This document shows, piece after piece, positions 20,571 through 30,495 of a stretch of DNA of 64,000 bases. The position numbers were made by a program, and so were the translations under genes. Below the pieces are notes generated by a model. The model searched no databases and had not been told where the DNA came from. It was given only the letters and a program-made list of their open reading frames with translations. Every line of letters begins with the position of its first letter. The stretch's first letter is position 1. The DNA comes from an uncultured delta proteobacterium (GTDB lineage Bacteria > Desulfobacterota > WTBG01), in NCBI GenBank assembly GCA_963793865.1, contig CAWCBP010000011.1, positions 96,001-160,000 of the forward strand, given 5' to 3'.

Positions 20571-20670
20571 GAAAACTGTTTCTTTTCATTCACAAAAGCT
20601 TTTGCCAATTGCTTCAGCTGATTATATAGTGCGGTTGGGTGGTTGAGGTTGTCCGGGAGAAGAGATATAT

Positions 20671-21375
20671 ATGGTTATGAAACCATTACAGCTGCATTCC
20701 TGGGATGTTACACCCGGCGAGGCTATAGCCATACAGGAAATGCTGCGTAAGCGGATTAGGCTGCGTGACACGTTCGCCGCAACTCATATCATCGCAGGTG
20801 CTGATATGTCTTTTGATGGCGATTGGGGCTATGGCGGGGTCATCACCTATACCTTTCCCCGCCTGGAGGAGATTGAGCGCCGCTCGGTGAGGATGAAGTT
20901 AAAATTTCCATATGTGCCGGGGCTGCTGGCATTCCGTGAGGCCCCCGTCCTGCTTGCGGCATTTGAACTGCTTTCAACAGAGCCCGACCTGCTTCTGTTT
21001 GATGGGCAGGGTATAGCACACGGCAGGAGGATGGGAATTGCGACGCACATGGGCATCTTGCTTAATAAGCCGACCATAGGGTGCGCCAAGTCGCGCCTGG
21101 TGGGGACGTTTGAAGAGCCGGGAGCGGACAGGGGCTGTTATGAGCCCCTGGTGCATGGGGGAGAAACCGTCGGTGCTGTCCTGCGCACCAGGAAACAGGT
21201 CAGGCCGATCTTTGTTTCGCCGGGTACGGGGATTTCGCTTAACACCTCTATCAACATTGTGATGCGATGCCTGGATGGCTACCGCATTCCCAAACCCACC
21301 CGCGAGGCGGATCACTACGTGGGAAGCATAAAAAGGAAGCCTCGTGCGCCTGCAGTAGATCAGCGCAAAAAATAG
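20671..21375 (+). CDS. nfi: Endonuclease V
   Basis: AGADMS, FPYVPGLLAFRE, FDGQGIAH, GCAKSRL, RIPKPTREAD. Confidence 0.95.
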   Translation: MVMKPLQLHSWDVTPGEAIAIQEMLRKRIRLRDTFAATHIIAGADMSFDGDWGYGGVITYTFPRLEEIERRSVRMKLKFPYVPGLLAFREAPVLLAAFELLSTEPDLLLFDGQGIAHGRRMGIATHMGILLNKPTIGCAKSRLVGTFEEPGADRGCYEPLVHGGETVGAVLRTRKQVRPIFVSPGTGISLNTSINIVMRCLDGYRIPKPTREADHYVGSIKRKPRAPAVDQRKK

Positions 21376-21456
21376 CAGCGTGTAAAAAGCAATGGCGTGA
21401 ATGTAATAATTCACGCCATTGTCAGGATGTGCTTAATTAATAACAGCGCACGGATA

Positions 21457-22155
21457 TCAGGATGCGCTTGGTGCCTGCTGCTGGGCGGGTGGAACGATGA
21501 CAATCTCCACTCTCCGGTTCAGCTGGCGGCCGCCTTCCGTATCGTTGCCCGCAACCGGTTTGGATTCGCCGAAACCAATGGTCTGGAGGCGGGTCTCAGA
21601 AACATTTTTTGCCAGCAGGGAATTCTTCACCGACGCGGCACGTTTTTCTGAGAGATCCTGGTTGAAGCTTTCACTTCCGGTGCTATCGGTATGCCCCTCT
21701 ATCCGGATGGAAGTTTCGGGATAGCGGTTCAGGATAGCTGCCACCCGGTCAATCTCATCATAGGAGCCGGCTTTTAAAGCCGAGGAACCGGTATCAAACC
21801 AGACATCTCCCTGGAAGGTCAGCACCAGGACTTCGACGTCACGTCGCCCGGCTTCATTGGTTGCATCTTCGAGGACCCTCTGCTCGCGTTTGATCGATGC
21901 TCCTTCTGCATCGCCAAGAGCCTGTTTGAATTCTTTTTCCTGTTTCTCAAACATATAGCCAATTACGCCTCCGGCAAGTGCACCCACAGCAGCTCCTATG
22001 CCGGCACCTTTACCCCCGCCTATGGCCGCGCCGACGCCGGCCCCGACAGCTGCCCCGGCCACTGTTCCGATTGCCGTCTTTTTGTGCTCCTTAATGGTCG
22101 AGCATCCTCCAGCAATAAGCGCAATTGAGATACACAAAACCACACATCTTTTCAT
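21457..22155 (-). CDS. OmpA-family lipoprotein with glycine zipper
   Basis: IAGGC lipobox-like; GAAVGAGVGA; IEGHTD..NQDLSEKRA..NRRVEI. Confidence 0.92.
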   Translation of the reverse strand: MKRCVVLCISIALIAGGCSTIKEHKKTAIGTVAGAAVGAGVGAAIGGGKGAGIGAAVGALAGGVIGYMFEKQEKEFKQALGDAEGASIKREQRVLEDATNEAGRRDVEVLVLTFQGDVWFDTGSSALKAGSYDEIDRVAAILNRYPETSIRIEGHTDSTGSESFNQDLSEKRAASVKNSLLAKNVSETRLQTIGFGESKPVAGNDTEGGRQLNRRVEIVIVPPAQQQAPSAS

Positions 22156-22259
22156 CGCCTTTCCTCCTTTCCGTTTATTACATACCGCAAAGTACATTCC
22201 TTTAATACAATCTATGCCAAAATAATTCATTAGTCAATCTGAATTTCAATGCCGCATAC

Positions 22260-24127
22260 TTATCTCCTCCCGAAACCCATTGCTTTGGGCTGCAAGTATG
22301 AGCGGTTCATGCTGCCTTTATTAGAAGGGGCAGGCCGCTCTGTCTTCAGCCTGGGCGTGCTTTCATGCCTTTGAACATTTAACGTTCGTGGTGCTTCCCG
22401 CTTTTGGAACGTAAACCCTGAAGCGCTTGACGGCCTTCGCTGATTAATGTCCGGGAGCACCTGCCTCCGCTCTCCTCCCGGTATTCCAACGCGCTGCTTC
22501 CGCTCCGGTGTCGCCCGCAATTGTGGTGCTGTCTGCGGAATCTTTGTTTCCGGTTTATAGCGTTGAATGGGCTTGAATATTGACGCAGTATTGCCCCGGA
22601 TTGTCTGCACGCCGGATGATTTTTTTGTCTGCGCCGGCAGTGTTTTAACAGGTTGTTTGAAAGCCTTGCTGCGACCGACCGGGGGCGCGGTTTTCCGAAT
22701 TGCTGTTGCCTTCCCGGTTGTAAAAGGATTGTCTGCCGCTTTCATCCGGGCAGTGGTCCTGAATGCTGCCGGCTGCGGTAATTTTTTCCCTTCGCGGGCA
22801 TCAAAGGCAAACCGCCGCTTCATGGTGGTGAAGTCGTTTATGACCCTGCTGTTTATGCCTGCTTCCCTCCGGAAATTGTCGATAAAGGCATCAGCCCGGT
22901 TCCGGATTCTCTCATTGCTGTAATTGGTAACGCTGTAGAAATTGCTTTTTTTGACAATGACAGCATGCTTTTTGTACCGGCAGTGTTTGATATCAAAATC
23001 CTTCGGGTGATGGCGGGGATCCTTGCCAACCACGCGTGATAGAGAACCCCAGGACCGGTTGCAGTAATATGGTTCACGGGGTGCCAGGGGAATCCAGCCG
23101 ACATAGTCGCCCCTGTGGATCCACGACACCCTGCCGGGATACCATGCCGGGGGGATGGCCGGGAAATAAACATCCCTGCGTCTTCGATGACAGTCCGGCG
23201 GCGCCCAGTACCATCGATTGCAGCTGTCTATGTATACCCAGTTTCCGTAGTGGTGGGTTACGTATCCAAAGGGTTCATAGGGAATCCAGCAGTGGTCGCC
23301 GTACCAGCTTGTCCATCTTCCCACCGTGAACGGCGACCAGTACGATGAAACGTGCAGCGGTCTCCAGAAGGAGCAATTTCTTCCTTCGTAATAAACTGTT
23401 TCCCAGATGCCGTTATTGCGCAGCGCATGGGATTCATAGCCGATCTCCTCGGGCAGGTAATTGTCCTCATCCCCCTGGTCCTGCAACCGCTCTTCCCACT
23501 GTCGGTCCATTTCCCGGTTCCATTCATCCCAGGCTTCATCCATCACCGCTTCTTCCTCGGTCAGGTTTTCAAAGCCCGCCAGGAGCGAAGCGTTGCCCGC
23601 GCTTACTTCATAATTCGAATTGTCATGGGGCCAGTTGAAGGTCACGGTTCCCTCAAGCGCCCGTATCCGGACTGTGTCAGTCTGCAGGCGTATGTCGCAC
23701 GCGGTCAGCGGCGGCGCCTGCACGATGCCGAAGGGGGTGGTTACATTTATGGCGGTATCAGTGCTTTTGTTGTAAAAGCGCGCCATTCCCGAGTCAATCT
23801 CCATTTCGGATCTATCCTGTTCCAGGGCGGTGATGTGAAGTCTGGTATTGCCCCCGGTCCTGACCCAGGTGTTATTGGGTATGATGAATTCAGCCTTTGA
23901 TCGTCTTCACAGAGCAGGAGATCTTCCGCTCCAACCGGCGAGTCCTTAACCATGGGCACCCACTCCTCGTCGTCATCAATGTAGCGCAGGAGATTGCCCT
24001 CAACATGGGTCAGATGCCCAACCACTGCCGTGCCCTGCTCCTCAAGTGCCTGGAGTGCGAAGGCGGAGGGAATGGCCGTGAGCACCGGAATCAATGCTGC
24101 AACGATGATGGTTCTTATTGTGTTCAT
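22260..24127 (-). CDS. Exported FecR-like + DUF6600 protein with low-complexity basic tail; apparent frameshift near 23899
   Basis: Signal peptide; WSPFTVGRW..WIPYEPFGYVTHHYGNW, VGWIPLAP; one added base joins ORFs 23747..24127 and 22260..23804. Confidence 0.75.
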
Positions 24128-24533
24128 GGCTGTCTGTGACCTCGCGCGTTGTTATTGTGCCTGACACATAAATAAACACGGCCCGGGGTAAGGAAATTGC
24201 GCGCTTTTTAATGGATGAACATAAAAAGAGTAACCCGATTTCAGTTCAAATGCAAGGTCATGCCACTGCAGGCGCTAAGGGGATGATAAATAAGAAAAAT
24301 ATCAGAAAAGCGTTCAGGTACGGTCTTGCTTTTTAATACCTCCTGCTGCTGGTCAATAGATTCTTTCTATAGTAAAGCTGTTAAGTATTGAGATTATCAA
24401 ATTGACATGTGTGCAGGGTGTCTGTCATTCTACCTCACGGGTAATTGTACCTTAAGGAAGATCGCGAGTAACTGCAGGCTGATTCGGCCTGGAAATGGAA
24501 AAATCAGCGTTCAGCTTAAACAAGGGGTAGTAT

Positions 24534-25136
24534 ATGAAGAAAAAAGAAATTGATACGCGGGGGCTTGCCTGTCCCGAGCCGGTGGTTTTAACCAAAAAGG
24601 CGCTCGATGAAACGGGGGCAGGAGAAATCCTGGTCCTGGCAGACACGGAAAACGCCCGTGACAACATCGTCCGCTTTGCTCAGAGCCAGGGCTGTGAGGT
24701 GAACGTGGCTGAAGATCAGGGATATTACCGGATCAGCATCACAAAGAAAGCGGGCTCGAAGCCGGTTGCTGAGCCTTATGTTGACACGTGCCCTTCTTCC
24801 GGCAGGGAAATTGTGTATCTTTTTGACAGCGACCACGTGGGCAGCAATCGAGAGCTGGGAAAAGTGCTGTTAAACGGCTTTATGAATGCGGCGCTTTCGC
24901 TTCCCTATAAAAAGTGCGCAGTGATATTGATCAGCAAAGGGGTAAAGCTTGCCATCAGAGGTTCCTACGCGCTTGAGGTGCTGGGCAAGCTGCAAAAACA
25001 GGGGGTCAGCATTTTAATCTGCGGAACATGCCTTGACTTTTTCAAAATACGGGAGGCGGTGGAAATCGGGACCGTTTCAAATGCTCTGGAGATCATGGAG
25101 TGTATGACCGGCGCATCTAAAACCATAAAATTGTGA
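24534..25136 (+). CDS. yedF: Sulfurtransferase-like selenium metabolism protein YedF (TusA + DsrE domains)
   Basis: DTRGLACPEPVV, ICGTCLDF, GTVSN. Confidence 0.85.
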   Translation: MKKKEIDTRGLACPEPVVLTKKALDETGAGEILVLADTENARDNIVRFAQSQGCEVNVAEDQGYYRISITKKAGSKPVAEPYVDTCPSSGREIVYLFDSDHVGSNRELGKVLLNGFMNAALSLPYKKCAVILISKGVKLAIRGSYALEVLGKLQKQGVSILICGTCLDFFKIREAVEIGTVSNALEIMECMTGASKTIKL

Positions 25137-25235
25137 CTTGCCGGCGTTTATAAGGGTGAGGTTGATTTTCCTGATGATAATTCTGTTGGTGCGGGGTGTC
25201 ACCTGGGGTTTTGCTTTTAAGCTTATGCTCCGGCA

Positions 25236-26210
25236 CTACGCAACCAGCTTTAATCCGGATGCGAGCATGGCATTTTTGGTCATCTGCTTATCGAACGCGG
25301 AAAAACTGATTTTGGGCATGCGCAGTTCTCCCCCGGTCATTCCCACCAGGCCTTCCATGTATTTCCACTGCTGCAGGTTGTAGAGTCCGGTGAGCGGCAG
25401 CGTGGTGAGCACGGAGCGGATAAAAAATTTTCTCAGGGGGTCAATGGCCCAGTACAATTGCATGGCCTCATCCATTTTGCCTTCCTGCACCAGGTGGAAC
25501 AGGCGGATTTCCCGCGGGTCATCCGGCGTCTGGAACACCTGCCAGGGGGCGCACCCCGACCACTGCATGCCATATTTTCTGATGAAGGTGGGCCATGCGT
25601 CGTCAAAGGGGTAGCTGATGAGAATCTTGTCCCCGAAGAGCCGAAAGCACTCGTCGATCCATGCCCAGTCCAGGATGCCGATTTTCATTGAGACCACGTT
25701 CTCAATCTCAGCAATGCGGTTCAGGAGGGGTGCCGGGAAAATCCCGGGGAAGGGGAAGTCGTACTTGACGGAGGGGAACAATTCAATGGCCAGATTGGTT
25801 GCCCTGCAGATGGCACAGGTGTAATCGTAGATGTCTTCCGGCTTCCGGGGATGAAAGTTGGAAGGATAGCTCACCAGAAGGGAGTCGCATCCCACGGCTT
25901 CCGCGTAATGGGCCATCCCGATATTGTCCTGCAGAGAATAATAGCGAAGCTCCGTGGCTATGCCGATTTCGCCCCGGGCCTCGTCGACGCACCACTGGAT
26001 GAACAGCTTGTCTTCATCCAGCGTGGTCCCGGCGCTGGTCACCAGCGCGGTGGAGAAAAATCCGTGCTTGATCAGCTCTCTGATATCATGCCGTATCCCT
26101 GCTTCATCCAGCCCAAGCGTGTCCGGGGTAAAGGATGGAAGGATGGTGCTTTCCAGCCCCCGGTAAAAACCCCTTGCCCAGCTTTTCGCCTCCGCCTTTT
26201 TGTATTCCAT
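25236..26210 (-). CDS. DHDPS/NAL-family class I aldolase-like protein
   Basis: PSFTPD..LDEAGIRHD, AEAVGCD..LVSYP, NVVSMK Schiff-base Lys. Confidence 0.8.
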   Translation of the reverse strand: MEYKKAEAKSWARGFYRGLESTILPSFTPDTLGLDEAGIRHDIRELIKHGFFSTALVTSAGTTLDEDKLFIQWCVDEARGEIGIATELRYYSLQDNIGMAHYAEAVGCDSLLVSYPSNFHPRKPEDIYDYTCAICRATNLAIELFPSVKYDFPFPGIFPAPLLNRIAEIENVVSMKIGILDWAWIDECFRLFGDKILISYPFDDAWPTFIRKYGMQWSGCAPWQVFQTPDDPREIRLFHLVQEGKMDEAMQLYWAIDPLRKFFIRSVLTTLPLTGLYNLQQWKYMEGLVGMTGGELRMPKISFSAFDKQMTKNAMLASGLKLVA

Positions 26211-26270
26211 GGTTTCCTCCTGGTGTGGATGTGAAGACCGGCATCCGGGCACTGCAGGTAAGCGCGCGTC

Positions 26271-28370
26271 TTAGGTGAGGCCCAGTTTTTTCATCTTCCG
26301 GTAGAGAGAGGTTCTCCCGATTTTCAGATACTGCGCCGCCAGCGCCCTGTTGTCGCCCGCCTGCTGAAGCGCCTTGGAGATGATTTCTCTTTCAGCGGAT
26401 TCGCTGGTGCGGGAGAGGGTCTGCCTGAGACCTTCAGCCTTAAGCCGCCCCTCTTTTTTGTGCCGGGGGGATGCGGGGTTGATTACTTCAGGCGGCAGAT
26501 CAGTCGGCCTGATGATGTTGCCTTCGCAGAGAATGCATGCCCGCTCGATGATGTTTTCCAGCTCCCGGACATTACCCGGATATGAGTAGCCGAGGAGTAT
26601 TTTCATGGCCTCACGCGAAAGCGAGATGACTTCGGAGCCGGCCTTGCATTTGTTTAAGAAGAAATTGATCAGGGGGGGTATGTCCTCAACCCGCTCTCGC
26701 AGCGGAGGAATATTGATGGTCACCACATTGATGCGATAGTAGAGGTCCTCGCGAAACCGTTTTTTCCGGGTTTCCTCAAACAGGTCCTTATGGGTGGCGG
26801 TGATGATCCGGACATCTATTTTTACCGAGCGGTTATCCCCCACGCGCCTGATTTCATGGTCCTGGATTGTCCGCAGCAGCTTCACCTGCATATCAAGGGG
26901 GAGATCGCCGATTTCGTCCAGAAAGATGACGCCGCAATGAGCTTCTTCGAAAAGGCCGTTTTTGTCGCGGGATGCCCCGGTAAAAGCCCCCTTCACGTGC
27001 CCGAACAGCTCGCTCTCAAGCAGGTCATGGGGGATGGCGCCGCAGTTCAGTGCCACAAAGGGACCTTTGCTCCGGTAGCTTTGATGATAGAGGGCATGGG
27101 CGATAAGCTCCTTTCCCGTGCCGCTTTCGCCCTGGATGAGCACCGTGCAGTCGTTGTCGGCAACCTTGGCGATGAGCCTGAAAATGTTCTGCATTGCCAG
27201 GCTCTTGCCGACGATGGTGTCGGGTCCGTACTGCCCGGTGAGCTCCTTTTTAAGCAGGGTGATCTTTTCATCCTTCTCCATCAGCTCCTGCTCCAGGCGG
27301 GCTTTTTCGGACATGTCATGGATGTTGCGCACAAAACCGGTGATCTCGCCGGTGCCGTCCTTAAGCAGTGAGATATTCACCTCGGTGGGGATCAAAAAAC
27401 CGTCCTTGTTATTGAAATACTGCCTGAAGCCGTATACCTTTCCCGCCCCGAAAAGATTGTCGATCATTTCCGCCATGGTAACAAAGTACCCCTCGTCAAT
27501 GGTAACCGAACCTCCTATGGTGAGCGGATAGGTGCCGATATCCGGAGAAACGATGGTTACCGGCTGATTGAACAGCTCCTTCTCAGTGTAGCCCACCAGT
27601 TTTTTGAATGACTCATTGGAGGTCATAATCAGTCCCGCGGGGCTGGTGACCAGGATGGCATCGATGGCATTGCCCATCACATTGTTGATGTTCACCTCGG
27701 TCTGCAGCAGATCGGCCACCAGGTCGCGGCGCATCTCGGGCGTGAGCTCGATGGTGCTCTGCTGCAAGAGCCCCTGCTTTATATGATTCATGATCTCCTT
27801 CAGGGCGTACGAGCAGTCTACGAGCTGCTGGATGTTGAGAATAAGGTAGAGAAAGCCGATGGTTTCGCCGGCCCAGTTTACCAGGCTGAGCCGGTGCTGC
27901 AGTACGGAGATGACCTCTCCGTCGCTGGTTATGTAGGCATCTTCATGAATCCCATGGTAATGTTTTTGCTTTACCTCATAAATAAGGTAGGCGGCCCTGT
28001 TGCTCCGCTGGTCTTCAGCTTTTTTAGGCCGCTCAATCCAGAGCTTGCCCTTATACGCGCCGATGACTTCGTCTGGTGCGTAGCGGAGGGCGTCAAGCAG
28101 GTTTTGTGAGGCGTCGAGCATGATGTCCTGTGTGTCACAGACAATGCACCAGATTTCCGGGTGATCGATGACGGCGGACAATTCATCGGCGCTTTGCTCG
28201 CGGGAGAGCCGCAGAAAGGATGACAGTTGATCCGGCGTCCCGGCCGGGATGCCCCCGGGGTATATTTCTATCGCCCGTCGAATCAGGTCCTTCAAAAGAT
28301 CAAGACGGCCGGCCTCTTCGTTTTTCCACTCCCGGAGGCGGTCGAATTCCTTCTGATAGTCAGTGGCCAT
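26271..28370 (-). CDS. PAS-domain sigma54-dependent transcriptional activator
   Basis: GESGTGKE, ESELFGHVKGAFTGA, FLDEIGD, PGNVREL, Fis-type HTH. Confidence 0.95.
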   Translation of the reverse strand: MATDYQKEFDRLREWKNEEAGRLDLLKDLIRRAIEIYPGGIPAGTPDQLSSFLRLSREQSADELSAVIDHPEIWCIVCDTQDIMLDASQNLLDALRYAPDEVIGAYKGKLWIERPKKAEDQRSNRAAYLIYEVKQKHYHGIHEDAYITSDGEVISVLQHRLSLVNWAGETIGFLYLILNIQQLVDCSYALKEIMNHIKQGLLQQSTIELTPEMRRDLVADLLQTEVNINNVMGNAIDAILVTSPAGLIMTSNESFKKLVGYTEKELFNQPVTIVSPDIGTYPLTIGGSVTIDEGYFVTMAEMIDNLFGAGKVYGFRQYFNNKDGFLIPTEVNISLLKDGTGEITGFVRNIHDMSEKARLEQELMEKDEKITLLKKELTGQYGPDTIVGKSLAMQNIFRLIAKVADNDCTVLIQGESGTGKELIAHALYHQSYRSKGPFVALNCGAIPHDLLESELFGHVKGAFTGASRDKNGLFEEAHCGVIFLDEIGDLPLDMQVKLLRTIQDHEIRRVGDNRSVKIDVRIITATHKDLFEETRKKRFREDLYYRINVVTINIPPLRERVEDIPPLINFFLNKCKAGSEVISLSREAMKILLGYSYPGNVRELENIIERACILCEGNIIRPTDLPPEVINPASPRHKKEGRLKAEGLRQTLSRTSESAEREIISKALQQAGDNRALAAQYLKIGRTSLYRKMKKLGLT

Positions 28371-28702
28371 GACACCCGGTCTCGTGCTAAAAGTTGTCAG
28401 ATTAATCTTATATGCAGGATCAGAAGACTTTCAGGCATGGGATGCTTGATTATTGCACTCTATTAAGTTCTATTCTTACATAGCATATGCGCTGCGGGCA
28501 GGCAAGTAAAATGTTGCTTCCGTGGAACGTTTCTTTTGTGGTACACACAGAAATAAACCAATAATTATTAATTACTTAAATTGTTATAATTGTTTTTTCA
28601 AGGTGCAAAAATGGTACATAATTCCATGAGCATGTGGCAGCGCGCATATGCCCTATAATAAAATAGTTAATCAAAACAAATGCTTGCGATATTATTTTTG
28701 TG

Positions 28703-28718
28703 TGGCACGCATCTTGAA
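28703..28718 (+). promoter_or_regulatory. Sigma54 (-24/-12) promoter
   Basis: TGGCACG-catc-TTGAA about 50 bp upstream of mmsA, divergent from the activator gene. Confidence 0.7.
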
Positions 28719-28769
28719 TAATACTTGGAGACAGGGCAACTCATTTTATTGTGAAAAGAGGAGAAAGAT

Positions 28770-30371
28770 ATGAGCGTAGATAAGTCAAAGAATGGATTGG
28801 ATCAGGAAACTGCTACGACAAATAAGGCAAAAAAGAGGTATCTTGCTGTCGTCAAATCAAACTTCCGCAAGCTCAACTACTGCGTCAATAATGAGTGGAA
28901 GGAATCAAAAACCACAAAATACATGCCGGTCACCGACTCGAGCACCGGCGAAGCCATTGCCGAGGCCCCCTGCTGTACAAAGGAAGAGGTGCTGGAAGCA
29001 GTCAAGGCGGCCAAGGATGCATATCCGGGATGGAGAAGCACGCCGGTTCAGCAGCGCATTGAGGTGATGTTCAAATTGAAGGCGCTGATGGACGAGCACC
29101 TTGACGCACTTACCCTGAGTGTTTCGAAAGAGCTGGGCAAAAACCTTGATGAGGCCCGCGGCGACGTTATCAAGGCCATCGAGGTGATGGAATGCGCCTG
29201 CGCGACACCCTACCTCATGCAGGGTGATTCACTGATGAACGTTTCAAGAGGCCATGATACGGTGCTTTTCCGTGAACCTCTGGGTGTTTTTGCCGGCATC
29301 GTTCCCTTCAACTTCCCGGCGATGATTCCCTGGGGCTGGATGATACCTTTCTGCATCAGCTGCGGCAACACCTTCGTTCTGAAATCCGCCAGCCTGACAC
29401 CGATTACCTCAATGAGAATTCTCGAACTTGCCATTGAAGCCGGGCTTCCCAAGGGGGTGGTAAACCTGGTTACCTGCAGCAGAAATGAGGCAGACCTTCT
29501 GCTTGAGCACCCGGATGTCCGGGGCATTTCCTTCGTCGGCTCCACCTCGGTCGGCAAACACATTTACTCGACCGCGGCCTTAAATGGCAAAAGAGTGCAG
29601 TGCCTGACAGAGGCCAAGAATCACGCCCTGGTTTTGCGGGACGCGGAGCTTGATGTCGCAGCCCAGAGAATCACCAACTCCACCTTCGGGTGCGCCGGGA
29701 TGCGATGCATGGCGCTGCCGGTTCTGGTGGTTGAAGAATGTGTGGCCGATGAATTTGTATCCTACTTGAAGCGCTACGCAGAAACACTGAAAATCGGGTG
29801 TGCATACGACCCCGCGACGCAGCTGGGACCGGTGGTTTCCGCTGAGCACAAGAAATTTGTTTTAGACTGGATCAACACGGCTGTGAAGGAGGGCGCAAAG
29901 CTGCTTCTTGACGGCAGGAATAAAGTTGTTCCGGGATACGAAAAGGGCTTTTTCATAGGACCCACCATTTTTGATCATGTCACCGAAGAGATGACCTGCG
30001 GACAGCAGGAGGTGTTCGGCCCGGTTACGTTTGTTAAACGGGTGCAAGATTTTGAGGAAGGCATTACCCTGATGAACAGGAACCAGTTTGCAAACGGCTC
30101 GGCCATCTTTACCGAGAGCGGACACTATGCGCGCGAGTTTACCTTCAGGACTGACGGCGGCATGGTGGGAGTGAATGTGGGCATACCGGTTCCGGTTTCC
30201 TACTTCCCCTTCTGCGGGCACAAGAATTCATTTTTCGGTGATCTGCACTGCATGGGAAGGGACGGTGTGCAGTTCTACACCGAGTCCAAAACGATCACCT
30301 ACCGCTGGCTGAAAGGTACAGTCAAGGCGAAGAAGGTGAGCACCTGGGAAGGAACCATCGCCCGCGAATAA
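28770..30371 (+). CDS. mmsA: CoA-acylating (methyl)malonate-semialdehyde dehydrogenase
   Basis: PFNFPAMIP, SFVGST, AKNH, GCAGMRCMA, EVFGP, VGVNVGIPVP. Confidence 0.9.
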   Translation: MSVDKSKNGLDQETATTNKAKKRYLAVVKSNFRKLNYCVNNEWKESKTTKYMPVTDSSTGEAIAEAPCCTKEEVLEAVKAAKDAYPGWRSTPVQQRIEVMFKLKALMDEHLDALTLSVSKELGKNLDEARGDVIKAIEVMECACATPYLMQGDSLMNVSRGHDTVLFREPLGVFAGIVPFNFPAMIPWGWMIPFCISCGNTFVLKSASLTPITSMRILELAIEAGLPKGVVNLVTCSRNEADLLLEHPDVRGISFVGSTSVGKHIYSTAALNGKRVQCLTEAKNHALVLRDAELDVAAQRITNSTFGCAGMRCMALPVLVVEECVADEFVSYLKRYAETLKIGCAYDPATQLGPVVSAEHKKFVLDWINTAVKEGAKLLLDGRNKVVPGYEKGFFIGPTIFDHVTEEMTCGQQEVFGPVTFVKRVQDFEEGITLMNRNQFANGSAIFTESGHYAREFTFRTDGGMVGVNVGIPVPVSYFPFCGHKNSFFGDLHCMGRDGVQFYTESKTITYRWLKGTVKAKKVSTWEGTIARE

Positions 30372-30426
30372 CCTGTTGGTTTCGTCCCTCGCATAAAAGA
30401 GGGATGAAAGAAATTCAGAAGGTAGT

Positions 30427-30462
30427 AAAAGAGCCATTTCCTTGTGGGGAAATGGCTCTTTT
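30427..30462. terminator. Bidirectional Rho-independent terminator
   Basis: aaaagagccatttcc-loop-ggaaatggctctttt between convergent genes. Confidence 0.85.
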
Positions 30463-30495
30463 GTCATGAGCAGTGATAACCATGTTTGCGAAAGC

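Noticed and set aside
24534..25136. Selenoprotein recoding near yedF, or as the explanation of split ORFs
   Set aside because: The breaks examined are frame changes, not in-frame TGA at Cys positions.
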